NCBI RefSeq assembly: GCF_009834535.1
Contig: NC_045697.1
Coordinates: 81,842,001-81,906,000, forward strand
From: Camelus ferus
Taxonomy: Eukaryota
Length of the DNA stretch: 64,000 bases
Direction: 5' to 3'
Shown here: in pieces, positions 1-12,234 of the stretch
Layout: the number at the start of each line of letters is the position of its first letter
Position numbering within the stretch: position 1 is the stretch's first letter
Program-made: the position numbers and the translations under genes
The notes under the pieces: model-generated
What the model was told of the DNA's origin: nothing
Seen by the model: only the letters and a program-made list of their open reading frames with translations
The model's database searches: none

Positions 1-78
1 CCCTTTGTTTTTGATCTCACATTAATCTTCCTTTGTCTTCACATCCAAATCTACAGAATTGTCTGTATAACTCTAGTA

Positions 79-580
79 TGTATTGCTTGCCTGACTGATA
101 TCCATCATTCTGTTAATAAGAACACTGGAATTTTCCTTGGGGAATCACTGTTCCTCTACCCTGATTAACGTGGTTCACGTGGAGTTGATTTTTTTCGTTG
201 GCTTCAAAGTTGAAAGGGTAAACAAAACCTGACTGATAAAGCATTGTATACTCTTCACAATATTTGGTTTAAAATGACTACCTGTCTCAATCAGAGACTT
301 TCAAAACTAACAATGGGCATGTACTGGAGTTAAAAAGACACTTTCTGTTTTCTTACCACACCTTGAACTTTGGAGAATGTAGGGCCTGGACCACTTGTCC
401 TGGCTATGAAAAAATTAAGTGATAGTAAAGAGAGTGGAACCAAAATTAGAGAAAGATAGGTATCTGATCTCATAATTTGAAAACCTAAATTGAACTTTAC
501 CAAAACAGTCAGTACATTTTTAGTAATATTAGTAAATAGACAACCATTTTTATTAGTTTGAATTGTGTACTGGTTACTTA
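79..580 (+). mobile_element. Old MaLR LTR (MLT1K/MLT1I-like)
   Basis: 'ttttccttggggaatcactgttcctctacc...tggttc' near the start and 'ccatttttattagtttgaattg...ttactt' at the end resemble MLT1 consensus; heavily diverged. Confidence 0.55.
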
Positions 581-619
581 GATACTTCTAAATGTACTTG
601 TAATTGCTTTGTCGTTTAC

Positions 620-785
620 TCACTTTACTCATACTCCAATGTAGCAATCATTTATTATTTTAATAAAGTAACTCCTGCTGTGCTCTCTAAGACTACTACA
701 TGACCAAATCCAGTAGACCTTACCTTTTTTCACTTAACCTCTTAGCATCATTTGAAAGTGCTTAACACTTCCTTCTTCTTGATAT
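620..785 (+). mobile_element. L2 LINE fragment
   Basis: 'ccaaatccagtagacc...aacctcttagcatcatttga...cacttccttcttcttga' resembles L2 ORF2. Confidence 0.5.
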
Positions 786-1223
786 AACACGGGATAATTA
801 TGGAAACAGACTGTACATATCTTTTGTAATAATGTAAGACTGCCTCCTGAGTTTTAAGACTTTCTGAAGGAAGTTCCAACAGAGATCTCTGAGATGTTTA
901 CTCTTTGGTTCAACAACAAAAAAATATTTTTCCAAGGTGCCAGCTGTCTGTTATTACTCATGAATAAACTGGTTTAGTAATGTGAAAAACATGTACATTT
1001 GTACTTCATACTTTAATTTTGATCAGCTTATCTGTTTGATATATTTTTTAATGTCAGGGTATTAAAAATTATATAAGAAATAAATAGACATATTTCCATA
1101 GATCTTTTGGACAATTTTCATGACTTTAGCATCAGTGAGTAGATAGCTTGAGTCTAGGAATGTTTTTCCTTCACGTCCAGGTTATGCAATGGAATCAACC
1201 TAAATATCTATTGATTTAGCTTT

Positions 1224-1730
1224 ATAAAAGAAATAAATTTGCCATTTGTGACCTGGAGGATGTTATGCTAAGTGAAATAAGCCAGATACAGAAAGACAAA
1301 TACTACGTGATCCCACATGTATGAGGAATCTGAAATAATCAAATTCATAGAAGCAGAGAGTACAGTGACAGTTGCCAGGCCATGGGGACAGGAGAAAATT
1401 TGGAGGCATTGGTCAAACACTACAACATTTCAGCTACGCAAATTGAATACTTTCTTGAGATCTACTATGCAGTATAGTGACTACAGTTAACAACACTTAA
1501 CTATACTTAAAATATTGCTTAGAGTGTAGATTTTATGTTGTGTCAGTATTCCCCCCCCCACACACACACAGCTAACAAGAGTAGGAGGAAACATTTGGAG
1601 GTGCTGGATATATTTGTGGCATTGATCGTGGTGATGATTTCAATTATATTCAAACTCATCAAATTTTGTGTATATAGTAAACTCATCAGGTTATATACAG
1701 CTTTTTGTATGTCAATCATATTTCAGTAAA
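1224..1730 (+). mobile_element. L1 3' end (L1MA/L1MB-like)
   Basis: 'ttatgctaagtgaaataagccagatacagaaagacaaatac', 'agcagagagtacagtg..gttgccagg', terminal 'tgtatgtcaatcatatttcagtaaa'. Confidence 0.85.
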
Positions 1731-3639
1731 TTAGTTTAAAAATCTGTTGATACTAGTGTTTGCAGTGAATCTTACGTAGTTATAAATTACTTTGATGCAA
1801 GAAGTGAATATAATTTTTAAAAGCTTTGATCCATAAAAAAAATTATGTGAGTCTAGATTATGAGACATTTCTACAAATCTTAGTAAAGAACACAAGTTCT
1901 GAAGAAGACTGAATAGTTTAATATTGCAAGGAATGTAATATCCTGCCAAGAATTCACACTGAAATTTATAGAGGAACAGATTTTGTGAAATCATTAAATG
2001 CTATTCATTCTGTGTGATGATGTTTTTGTATTGGATTTATTGTGTATAAAGTGATTCCGTATGCTAATTTAAATGGATGAAGGTTCTGCCATGGAATCTT
2101 TATGCATATGTACATGAATATTTCCTTATGTTATGCTTGGATGTACTCCAATCTCATCCAAGAGTGAAAAATGAACTTTGGGTGAAATTAGAACTGCTAC
2201 CAAAATACTGATTCCATCAGATATGAAAATTTTTACATATGCCTTGAGTAAAGTGAGGAAGAAATTTGTAGACTTGAAAAATGTTAGCTCATTCACAAAA
2301 ATAAAGAAACACACATTGTGTGTTTGGCATTACGTAGATAATATTTTATGGGAGGGTGCAGCCATAAGCTGGCATTTGAATGTTAATGTTTCTAAATTTT
2401 TCAACAGCTTTGTAGTTTGAACATATATAGTTTGATGTGACACTAAATCACAAGATGTAAGAAATATGTTATAGTATATATGATAAACAAAAAGGAAAAG
2501 TTGGATTGTTTAAATTATGAAGAACATTTTATGAAGCTCTTGTGTGTGAGTAGCACTAGTAGGTTCTCAATGATGTAAAACTTAAATGAAAAATGTAAAA
2601 CATAAATTACTTTACAGCAGACTACTGTTATATCAACATTTCATCCTGTTTAACATTCATGTCAGATTAGTTTTTCATATTAAATAATATCTTTAATTTA
2701 TACTTATCAAAAATTAGATTTATGAATGTTATTCATTGATATAATTTACTCTAAGCTTACCAAGTACTTTATTGTCTATTGTTACAATATTTCCATGCAA
2801 GAAAATATTATGGTTTGCAAAGCAGATCCAATTGAATATGTCAATAATTTTATATATATTATTCATAAAATATAGTTTTAAAAATACCTGGTAATTTTAT
2901 TAGAGACTAAAAATATAATCATATTAGGCAAATACATTCTACAGAAAAAAAATAGTAGTGTAGTTTTAGAAAATTATGTAATAAAATTTATAATAGTTCA
3001 TTACATTGCACTAAGAATAACTTTTCTGTTCATGATATAATTTAGGATTTCCCTAGCAAGTATGTTGTATAAAAACATTTAAAAATATATAAACATAAGT
3101 TGCTTTTATTTCTTAGAATATCTCTTACTGGTAAAATAGTTTAAATTTACCAATATAATGAGACAAATGTGTTAGCCTTCAAATAAATTTTTTAAAACTG
3201 GATTTAATGTAATTTATTCTAGTGACAGTTTTACCATTTCAGTGTCTCAGTCTTGGCATTAAGTTATATGACTACTTGTTTCATAGTTGTTTTGGTCACT
3301 AAAATTAACTGTTAAATTTGGTGTAGACTGAGCATGTATTATTTACCCTTGTACCAAATCTTTGAAATAGCATGAATTATAAAATAGAAACTTACAAAAC
3401 TATAACTGCATAAAATAACTAGATATCTTATTTTATTAGACATTATAAGAAGTATCTAAAAGACAGCAAAGGATTGGCTTGAGGCATGATATCACATCCA
3501 GTATGTTTACAGACATACGCTGGAAATCATGCTTCACATTTGCCATGTTTCTAAAGGTGGTGGGTATCAATAGGAGGGACAGACACATTTTCAGCAAAGA
3601 TATGTGATAGTGGGTACTCATGACTGACCCTATAGCTCT

Positions 3640-4160
3640 CAACAGTCTAGCAGTTCTTCAGAAAATTAAACATGTATTTACTATACGACCTTTCAATTGT
3701 ATTACTAGGTAGTTGCCCAAGATGAAAAAGGACACGGTCTGAACACACACTTGAACAAAATTGTTCATAGTAATTTAACTAATAATAGTTCAAAATGGAA
3801 AACAAGCTAAATGTCTGGGTAAACCCATTTTATTATATCTCTGCAATATGGATCTATCAAAAAGGAAAGAAATACTGTTGTACAAAACATGAAAGAGCCT
3901 AGAACACGTTATGCTGAGAGAAATGATGCTCGGGGAAATATGTACTAAGTGCTTCCACTTATTGGGAACTCTAGTGTTGAAAATATAATCTATAGATAGA
4001 AAAAAGATTATTGTTTGACTGAGTTAGGGGTGGAGTGAGAGAAATTAAGAAGGAGAACAGCAGAATGTTTTAGATTGATGGAAATGTTCTGTATCTTGTT
4101 TGTGTTGGCAGTTAGGTGTATATCTTTATTAAAAATTCATTAAATTATACGATTAAAATA
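3640..4160 (+). mobile_element. Old L1 (L1ME/MD-like) ORF2 end and 3' UTR
   Basis: 'aacagtctagcagttcttcagaaaattaaac...ctatacgacc', 'gatggaaatgttctgtatcttg'. Confidence 0.75.
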
Positions 4161-4269
4161 AAAGTAGCTAACTGGATGGGCTACAGAACAGAATCAACAA
4201 AGTTTAGGAATAAACTTGTGACAAAAAAGAACAGTTAGTACCAGGTCACAGAAGAATGACTACAGCATA

Positions 4270-4865
4270 ACATGGTAAATTAGAGTTTTTTACTTTGAAG
4301 AAACCTTGCAGATGTCACCTAAACCAAGTGATCAGATTCTTGTCACCAATAATGTCATATTGCTATTTCATATCCTTTCATATAATATAAGAAAGTCACT
4401 TCACGTCTGTGATTTTTCTCCCCCAAAATTCATGCTCCCAGACTAATCATGAGAAAACATCAAACATATGGTATTTTACAAAATACCTGGCCATATCATT
4501 AGTCATGGTTCTCATCATAGGCAGATGCTACCTGTTTCAAAAATAAAGAACAGACTAAGGAACTGTTAAAAAAAAAAAACGAAAGAAAAACCCGAAGTAA
4601 AGAGACACGACAACTAAATGTAACATGGCATCTGGGGTTATATTCAGGATCAGAAAAAGGATATTGGTGGAAATACTTGTGAAATGTGTAAAGTCTAAGG
4701 GTTATTTAATAGTATTGTGTCAATGCTAATTTCATAAAGTTTATAATTTTACCATGGTTGCATAAATGTTAACATTATAGGAAGGTAGCTAAAGGGTATG
4801 TGGAAATTCTATACACTATCTTTTAAACTCTTTTTGTAAATCTAAATTATTTCAAAGTAAAAAAA
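4270..4865 (+). mobile_element. L1MC/MD-type 3' UTR
   Basis: 'cacctaaaccaagtgatca', 'gacaactaaatgtaacatgg', terminal 'tgtaaatctaaattatttcaaagtaaaaaa'. Confidence 0.75.
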
Positions 4866-4929
4866 TTACAACAATCACCAATTTTTCACATTTGTGAGAA
4901 AGAGAGCAATTTGTAACTCTGTTTTTCAC

Positions 4930-5135
4930 AAAACTCTATTTTAGTTTCCTGCTTTATTTTTCTCCATAGTATAAAAGGGCCATCTTGGCAATATGCCGTC
5001 TTGATTTTCTTACTTATTTTGTGCATTGTCTGTCTTGCCTCTTCTAGAATTTTGTAAGCTCCGTAACTGTAGGATTTTGTCAGTTCACTTGAGTGTGATA
5101 CTCACTCTATCTAGAGTTTAATAAATGTTTGTCAA
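4930..5135 (+). mobile_element. L2 3' end
   Basis: 'ctgctttatttttctccatag', 'ttgtctgtcttgcctcttctagaat..tgtaagctcc', 'aataaatgtttg'. Confidence 0.65.
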
Positions 5136-6084
5136 CTTGGATTATTCAAATTAAGCATTCTATAGTTTAGAAATGTATTTTGCATTTAACTATTTCAATC
5201 CTTATTATTTTGAGGTGCAAAAAAGTTATGTATGTTGCAAAGTCCTAGTCACATTTCCACAACACACTCTACAATGCACAGGATATATATAGTCACAATT
5301 TCCCAGACAAAATAAATAAATTTACTCAATTTTAATTTTTTATGTTGAATATTAGTCATTTCTGGCCAAAAAAATAGGATATCATTACTCATGGTTCTAA
5401 TTTCAGTCAGATTCTACCTGTTTCAAACAGTTAACCATGTTTTTCTTGGTTTAAATGATTATAATAATTAGATAATAAAATGTCACATAGTGAATAATAA
5501 GAGTAGTTGATAATCCTAGAATATGTATCATTTAGGGTAATTCTAGCCTCATTATTATGAAAATGCAATCCCTTTAGAATTATAGTCTAAAATGTTATGT
5601 ATATATATATATATTGTGTTTTTTGCTAGGACTTTGACACATTTGTTTCTGGAATTTTTTAATCTTCATATGACAGCCAAATATAACATTTTTTTGTTAA
5701 AACTTATGAAATTTTGTTGTCTACACAAATCTTTGACTTTTCACCCATACTTCCTTAAAATTAATTATGTTTGTTCTTGTTTTAGAACATTTGATGGATT
5801 ATGTAGCTATGATTGTGTCTGGATACTGAATGTTAAAGTTTATAAAATTTATAAATTTAGTGGTGAATCATATTAGTTAGGAATGACAGAAATAAAATGA
5901 GAAACAAGACTCCAACATAAAGTAAGTATTATTTAAATTGGTTTCAATGTTGGAAAATTTTACTTAATTTCCTCAACAATTATTTTACATGTAGAATAGC
6001 AGGAAACTTAGTTAACACCTAATAAGGAAGAATTAAAATATTAGGAGTGGTTTTAAGAATTTCTGAATATGCTATTTATAAATA

Positions 6085-9000
6085 TAATTTTATTTTGAAA
6101 TAATTTTAAGCTTATAGAGACATTGCAAAATATTAAAAGGAAGTTTTCATTTAGTCCTTAGCCAGTGCCCCTAATGTCAATATCTTATATAGCAATTGTA
6201 CAATTACAAAAAGTAAAAACTAGGAAATTAATACTAGTACAGTAATATTGTCTAAACTATATATGTTATTAGGATTTCACCGGTTTTTCCACTAATATCA
6301 TTTTTTTGACGTTGGATGGCAAGATCTGGACTGCAAGATCTGGGTTGCAAGATCCAATTCAGGAGTCTACTTTGTTTTCATTGTTTTATCTTCTCAATAT
6401 CCTCCAACCTATAACAGTTCCTTAGACTTTCCTTGTCTTTTATGACATTGACACTTTTTAAAGGTACTTGTCAACATTGTGTACTTGACATTGTTCCTCA
6501 ATATCTGATGTTTTCTCATGATTAAATTTGAAGTTGTATATTTTGGAAGTAATACCATAAAGATGATGTACCATTTTCAATACATCATACTGGAAAAAAC
6601 ATTATTTCAATATCTCTTCTTACTGGTAACATAAACTTTGATCACTTAGTTTAGGTATTATCTGATGTTTTTATTCACTTCTACTATTTTTTCGTTTTGT
6701 AATCTATACATATTTGGGGGGAAGATATCTTGAGACTTGTGAGAACAAATTTACCAAAGTATGATCTTTATATACAGTTCTTTTAGTCTTTAACTGTAAA
6801 CTATTTACCGAAGTTATTTAGGTCAACCCTTTTCTTTACTTCCTCAAGCACTATTATGTAATTCATTTGTAACACATAAATTTATCAGTCTGCATTACAT
6901 CTTGAATTCCCTTCACATCATGATTAAAGAATTCAAATCCATATACACTCACAGTTCCCTCTGAGTGTTGTGTACTTCTATAGGTTTTGACAAATGCAAA
7001 TAGTGATTTATCTACCACCATGTTAACATACAGCATAGTTTTGTCAACTCAAAGTTTCTTTAAAGCTGTCCCTTTTAGTCAGTCCCATCACTTCCTCCAA
7101 CTCCTGGTAATCACTGATTTCTTTTCCATTTCTTTTGTCTTTTCTAGAATATTGCATACATCTAATCATACAATAAGTTGTCTTATGTGTTTACTTTAAC
7201 AAAGTGCATTTAATATAATGGATGTGTGAATTAATAGTTTGCTTCTCTTTATTGCTAAGTGTTATGATTCCATTGCTTGGAGGTACTACAGTTGACACAT
7301 AGATAGTTGTCATATTTTGGTGATTATGAGCAAAGCTTCTATAAATATTCATGGACTTCTTTGTGTGTGAACGTAAGTGTTCATTTTACTTGGGCTAATA
7401 CTTTGGAGAGGGATTTTAGGAATACATAGTAGGTGTATATCTAATTTTATAAGAAAGAGTTTTGAGAGTAGTTACGACATTTTATATTCTCGCAAGCAAT
7501 GAATAAAAGTTGCAGTTGCTTTATATCCGTAACAGTAATGATAGTGTCAGGTTTGATGATTTTGTTATTCTACTAAGTGTGTAGTGATACCTCATTATGG
7601 TTGTAATATGCATTTCTCTAATGTTGAAAGGTGTTTAGCACCATTTCATATGCCTATTTGCCATTCATATTTCTTCATCATTAATTTGTTTGCTCAGATC
7701 TGCTGCTCATTTTTAATTTGATTGCTTGCTTTCTTTTCAGTATTTTTTTTCTATGTGTTATGAATATTAGTTATTATTAAACATGTGTATTTGGAAATAC
7801 TCTTGATCTGTATTTTTTTCAGCATTCTCTTAACATCTTTCACAGAGTGAAACTTTAGAATTTTGATAAAGTCAAATTGTCATTTTTTAAGTATTATGCT
7901 TTTTATGTCAGATCATAAAGTCTTTGCCAAACTCAAGATGACACAGAGTTTCACGTAAGTTTTAGAAGTTTTGTAGTTGAAAATTTGATATTTATATCTA
8001 GAAAATGATCCATTTAATGATAATTTTTGAATAAAGTGTGAGGAATGTGTGCAGGTTTCTTTATTTTATATGTATTGAAGTCTATTTTTTTTTACTTTTT
8101 GAAAGTTTCTGAACTTTTTTGAAAAGACTATCCTTTGTTGAGTTGTATTTTCACCTTTGTCAAAAACCACATAAATATATTGTGTGCTGTCTGTATATGA
8201 AGCTTCTGTCTTATTCCATTGATTTGTATGTCTGTCCTTTCAACAATACCACACTCTCTTGATGCCATATGAATACCATAGTTTTCTTTTTTGTAAGTTG
8301 TGATATAGTTAGGATGGGTTCTACTCGTGTGCTTTTTTTTTGTCCAGATTATTTTAGCTGTTCTATTCCTGTCATCTTTGCATATCAATTTTAAAATCAG
8401 TTTGTCAGGATCTACAAAACCTAATTTTAACTCAGAATGCATTGAAGGCTATAGATCCAACTGTGGAGAACTGATATCCTGGCAAATTGAGTCTTCCAAT
8501 CCATAAGCATGATATATCTTTTAATTTATATAGATGTTCTCTGACTTCTTACATCAATGGTTTTAGGTTCATTATACATATCTTATATATGTATTCTTTT
8601 AGGTTTGTATCTAAGTATTTTATGTTTTGATGCTAATATAAGTGATATTTTAATTCAAATTTCAATTGTTTGTTGTTATTATAAGTAATGTCCATAATTT
8701 TTGTGTATTGACATTTTAACCAGCAGTCATTCTCACGTCACATTGATTTTGCTGTGAATTTTATTTTCTTTCTTTGGCTGACTTTGGGTTTAATTTGATC
8801 CTTTTTATAGTTTCTTAAGGTAAAAGTTTATATTGATTTGAAGCCTTCCTTTTTAAAAAATGATATAAATATTTTCTGTTTATGTTTTTTAATCATAGTT
8901 TTGCCTTCAACCTCATATTTCAGTGATATATTTTCACTTTCATTTAGTTAAAAGTATTTTTGTCTTCCTATCACACTTCCTTTTTGACCCATTAAATTAA

Positions 9001-10930
9001 TTAGAAGTGAGTTTTATTTCCAAATGCTTAGAAATTTTCTAGGTATCTTTTTGTCATTGATTAATAATGTAAATAATTTATAGTCTGAGACCATCTTCAT
9101 GTGTTTTCTTTTCTTTTAAAAGTATTGAGGATTGTTTTAGGTCCCAGGATCTGATCTTAGTGAAAGATACATGTTCCCTTGGGGTGAATGTATATTCTGC
9201 TTTTGATCAGTTGTGTGTCAATTAGATAAAGTTGGTGGATAGTATTTTTCAGGGCTACTGTATCCATATAGGTTGTCTGCCTTCTTGTTCTGTTACAAAA
9301 AGAGAAGTTTTGAAGTCTGGATAACTCTGGTTTTGTTTATTTTCCTCTAAATTCTGTCAATGTTTGTACCAAATATATTGAAACACTGTTGTTAAATATG
9401 TACATGTAGTTCTCTAGATTTATTTAGAATAGTGTTTGAATAGAATGACTTTTTCCCATCTTTTTACTTTTTACCCATTCCTCTATGTTTAAAAGTAAGT
9501 AGCATGTAATTGGATTTTTTAACCCAATCTATTTCTTCTAATTGGTTTGCTTACATAATTCAAATTTAATGTGATAATTGATATCATTGGAATAAGTCCT
9601 TGCAATTTGCTATGTATTTCCACTTTTTCTGACTTCTGTTAGCTTAACTGAGTGTTTTTTACAATTCCGTTTTATCTTCTCTATTAATTATCTGTACCAC
9701 TTTTATTAAATTTTAAAACAAGCATTAAACACTTAATATGCTGTAACTATAAAACACTTTGCAGTCAATTTTGCTTTATATAGTTCATTGTCTTTTAGAT
9801 CAATTAAACTAATTAAAGGATTTTATCTTCTTTGATTCATTTTCAGTGCTCTTCATTCCTTAGTGTAGGATAGTTTTCTGTCTTGTATTCTATTCCCTCT
9901 GATTGAAAATTTCCTTCTCCATTTCTTATAGAATAAGTCTGCTGACAAACTCTCACTTTTGTTTTTCCTTTTACTATTTAGATTATAAACAATATTGCAT
10001 TTAACATATACGTCAAATTTAGGGAGAAATGATTCTCACAAAAATGAGAATTTCAACCTCTCATCGTATTATATCCATCCACTTACATAGTTCTTTGATT
10101 TTTCTCAGTAATATTTTGTATTTTTCAACATAGATGTATTGCAAATTTTAATGAACTGTTTTATGTTTCATCAATGTTATCATAACTGGTATATTTTGTT
10201 ATTTTATATTTTCTATTCATTTTTTGATAGAATACAAAGACACCATTTATTTTTAAAATTTGTATTTGAATCTAGTGACTTTTATTATTTCTGAATACTA
10301 ATTGATTATCTGGCTCTTTTTTCCTGTGAAAATCTTATTGGGAGATCCATTTGTCCTTCTCAACACGTGTAACATATCTTTTCTGTTACTGAATCAGTAT
10401 TATGAAATGTTCATCATCTCTTTTTTATTTTTGTTGGGGGGGTTCAAAATCCAAATTTTGACTTGTTGAATTTTTTTGTTCATTTTGTGTTATTAATTTT
10501 TTTATCTTTAGGATATTCCTTTATGTTCTTTTTTCAGTTTTTTGCTGTTGTTTATTATTAATATGGAAGCATACCTTATTAATTTTCAACTTTCTTTTCT
10601 ATAGTATACATCTTTACATCTATGAATTTCTCTCTAAAACACATTTAACCACATCATCAAACTTTATGTATTATATATTCATTATTGTTTAGTTCAAAAT
10701 CTTCTCTAATTTCAAATTATGTTGTTTTCTTGACTAATGGGATATTTTGAAATGGAATGCATAATTTTCAAACAGGTAGTGATTTTTCCAGTTGTCTTTG
10801 TGCTATTTGTTTCTATCTTTCACTAAAGGGATCATAATCTGTTCTGAATAATTTAAATTTTTGAAATGAATTGAATTTTTATGTCTTAGAACATATTATT
10901 TATAGATGTTCCATGTACACTTGTAAAAAC
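6085..10930 (-). mobile_element. Long tract of old L1M fragments (L1MC-type 3' UTR followed by ORF2), antisense, probably composite
   Basis: Starts 'ttttattttgaaataattttaagcttatagag'; T-rich ORF2-antisense motifs 'gtgtgtagtgatacctcattatgg', 'ttgagtcttccaatccataagcatg', 'gaatgtatattctgc'. Confidence 0.8.
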
Positions 10931-11424
10931 TATTAGTCTATTATTGATGTATGCTCTATTTTATTAGTTTATTATTTTTTTATTCAATTACTCAAGATAA
11001 TGAAATATTACCTAAGGAAAGAATGACTTGCTATATTAGATTTAGAGCGTTGGAAGTCTGAAAGATTAATTTAACATGTAGTGGCCTAAAGGTACTGTCA
11101 ATGTGATAGTAATTGATAATTTGTAAGCACCATTTTGAATAATGATTACCCTGGAGACCAGTGCTGTATCGTCTGTTTACACACCTCCTATAAAGTGCAG
11201 CAAATAGTAGGAATTTGATTAGTAGCTGTTAAACTAAAATAACCATCTTTCCAAAGTCAACCCTTTTTTACTAACTAACTTTTGAACAGTGACTTGGTAT
11301 CAGTCTCTCTTCTATATGAGTAGGCTACAAATGTGAAAAATATATTCCTATCCTTGAAAGTTCACAGCTAGTAGAGGAGAAAGATAAATGTGTGGTAATA
11401 ATTAGATTTGTCAAGTGATATGTA

Positions 11425-11580
11425 GAACAGCGTTTTCAGCACTGACTTCACATTAGAATCATGTGAAACATTAAAAAAGAAATCTCGCGTTCAAGCTCTG
11501 CCCCAAATTGTTTGAATCAGAATATTTGGGACTGGCTTCAGGCCATCACTATTTTGACACGGTCTACCAAGTAGTCCTAG
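11425..11580. mobile_element. MER5-like hAT-Charlie DNA transposon fragment
   Basis: 'cacattagaatca', 'tgaatcagaatatttggg...caggccatcactattt'. Confidence 0.6.
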
Positions 11581-12196
11581 TCTTATATGGCCAATATGCT
11601 ATTATACCCCTACATTAAGTTCTGAGTGTTACCCATGGTTCCTTCTTGGCAGCACTTAAATCTCAGTTGCTAATATTTCAGCTATAAGAACCCGTTGAAG
11701 ACTCTTCTGAATTTCTTAGCATCTCAGCCACAGCTTTAACTAGGAATATGCTTTGAGGATCAATGTGAGTTTGTGTCAATGAGTTTATCACTCCCTTTCT
11801 CTCATTAACTGGTCCTACAAATCCTTGTCTCCTTGGGGGCTGCCTGATGGCACAAAAGTCTCTAGTTTGCCATTGCAGGGAGTAGAAATTCCTCTTATAC
11901 TTTGTATATGGTCAATATATAGAAAATTATACTCCCTGTAAGTGAAATGAAATTGTCATCCTTTTATTCTAAGTTTGATTCTAAAAATGAAAAAATCTGA
12001 ACAGTATTTATTATATAAATATTACATGTTACATTTATTTGTATCATGGTATGGTTCGTAGAGTTGGACATTCTCCCCTCCATCACTAAGTTGAGTCTCT
12101 TGGAGTATATAATTTTTAAAAAGTAGTTTAAAATTTTTATACCTTTAAGTGATTTAACCTTTTATTTATACACTTAATTAACTAATATATTCATTT

Positions 12197-12234
12197 GTGT
12201 ATGTATGTATGTATGTATGTATGTATGTATGTAT
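12197..12234. repeat. (TATG)n microsatellite
   Basis: About 9 direct TATG units. Confidence 0.95.

Noticed and set aside
11585..11890. Possible old LTR fragment
   Set aside because: It is GC-richer than its flanks, but I could not establish termini or a family match.
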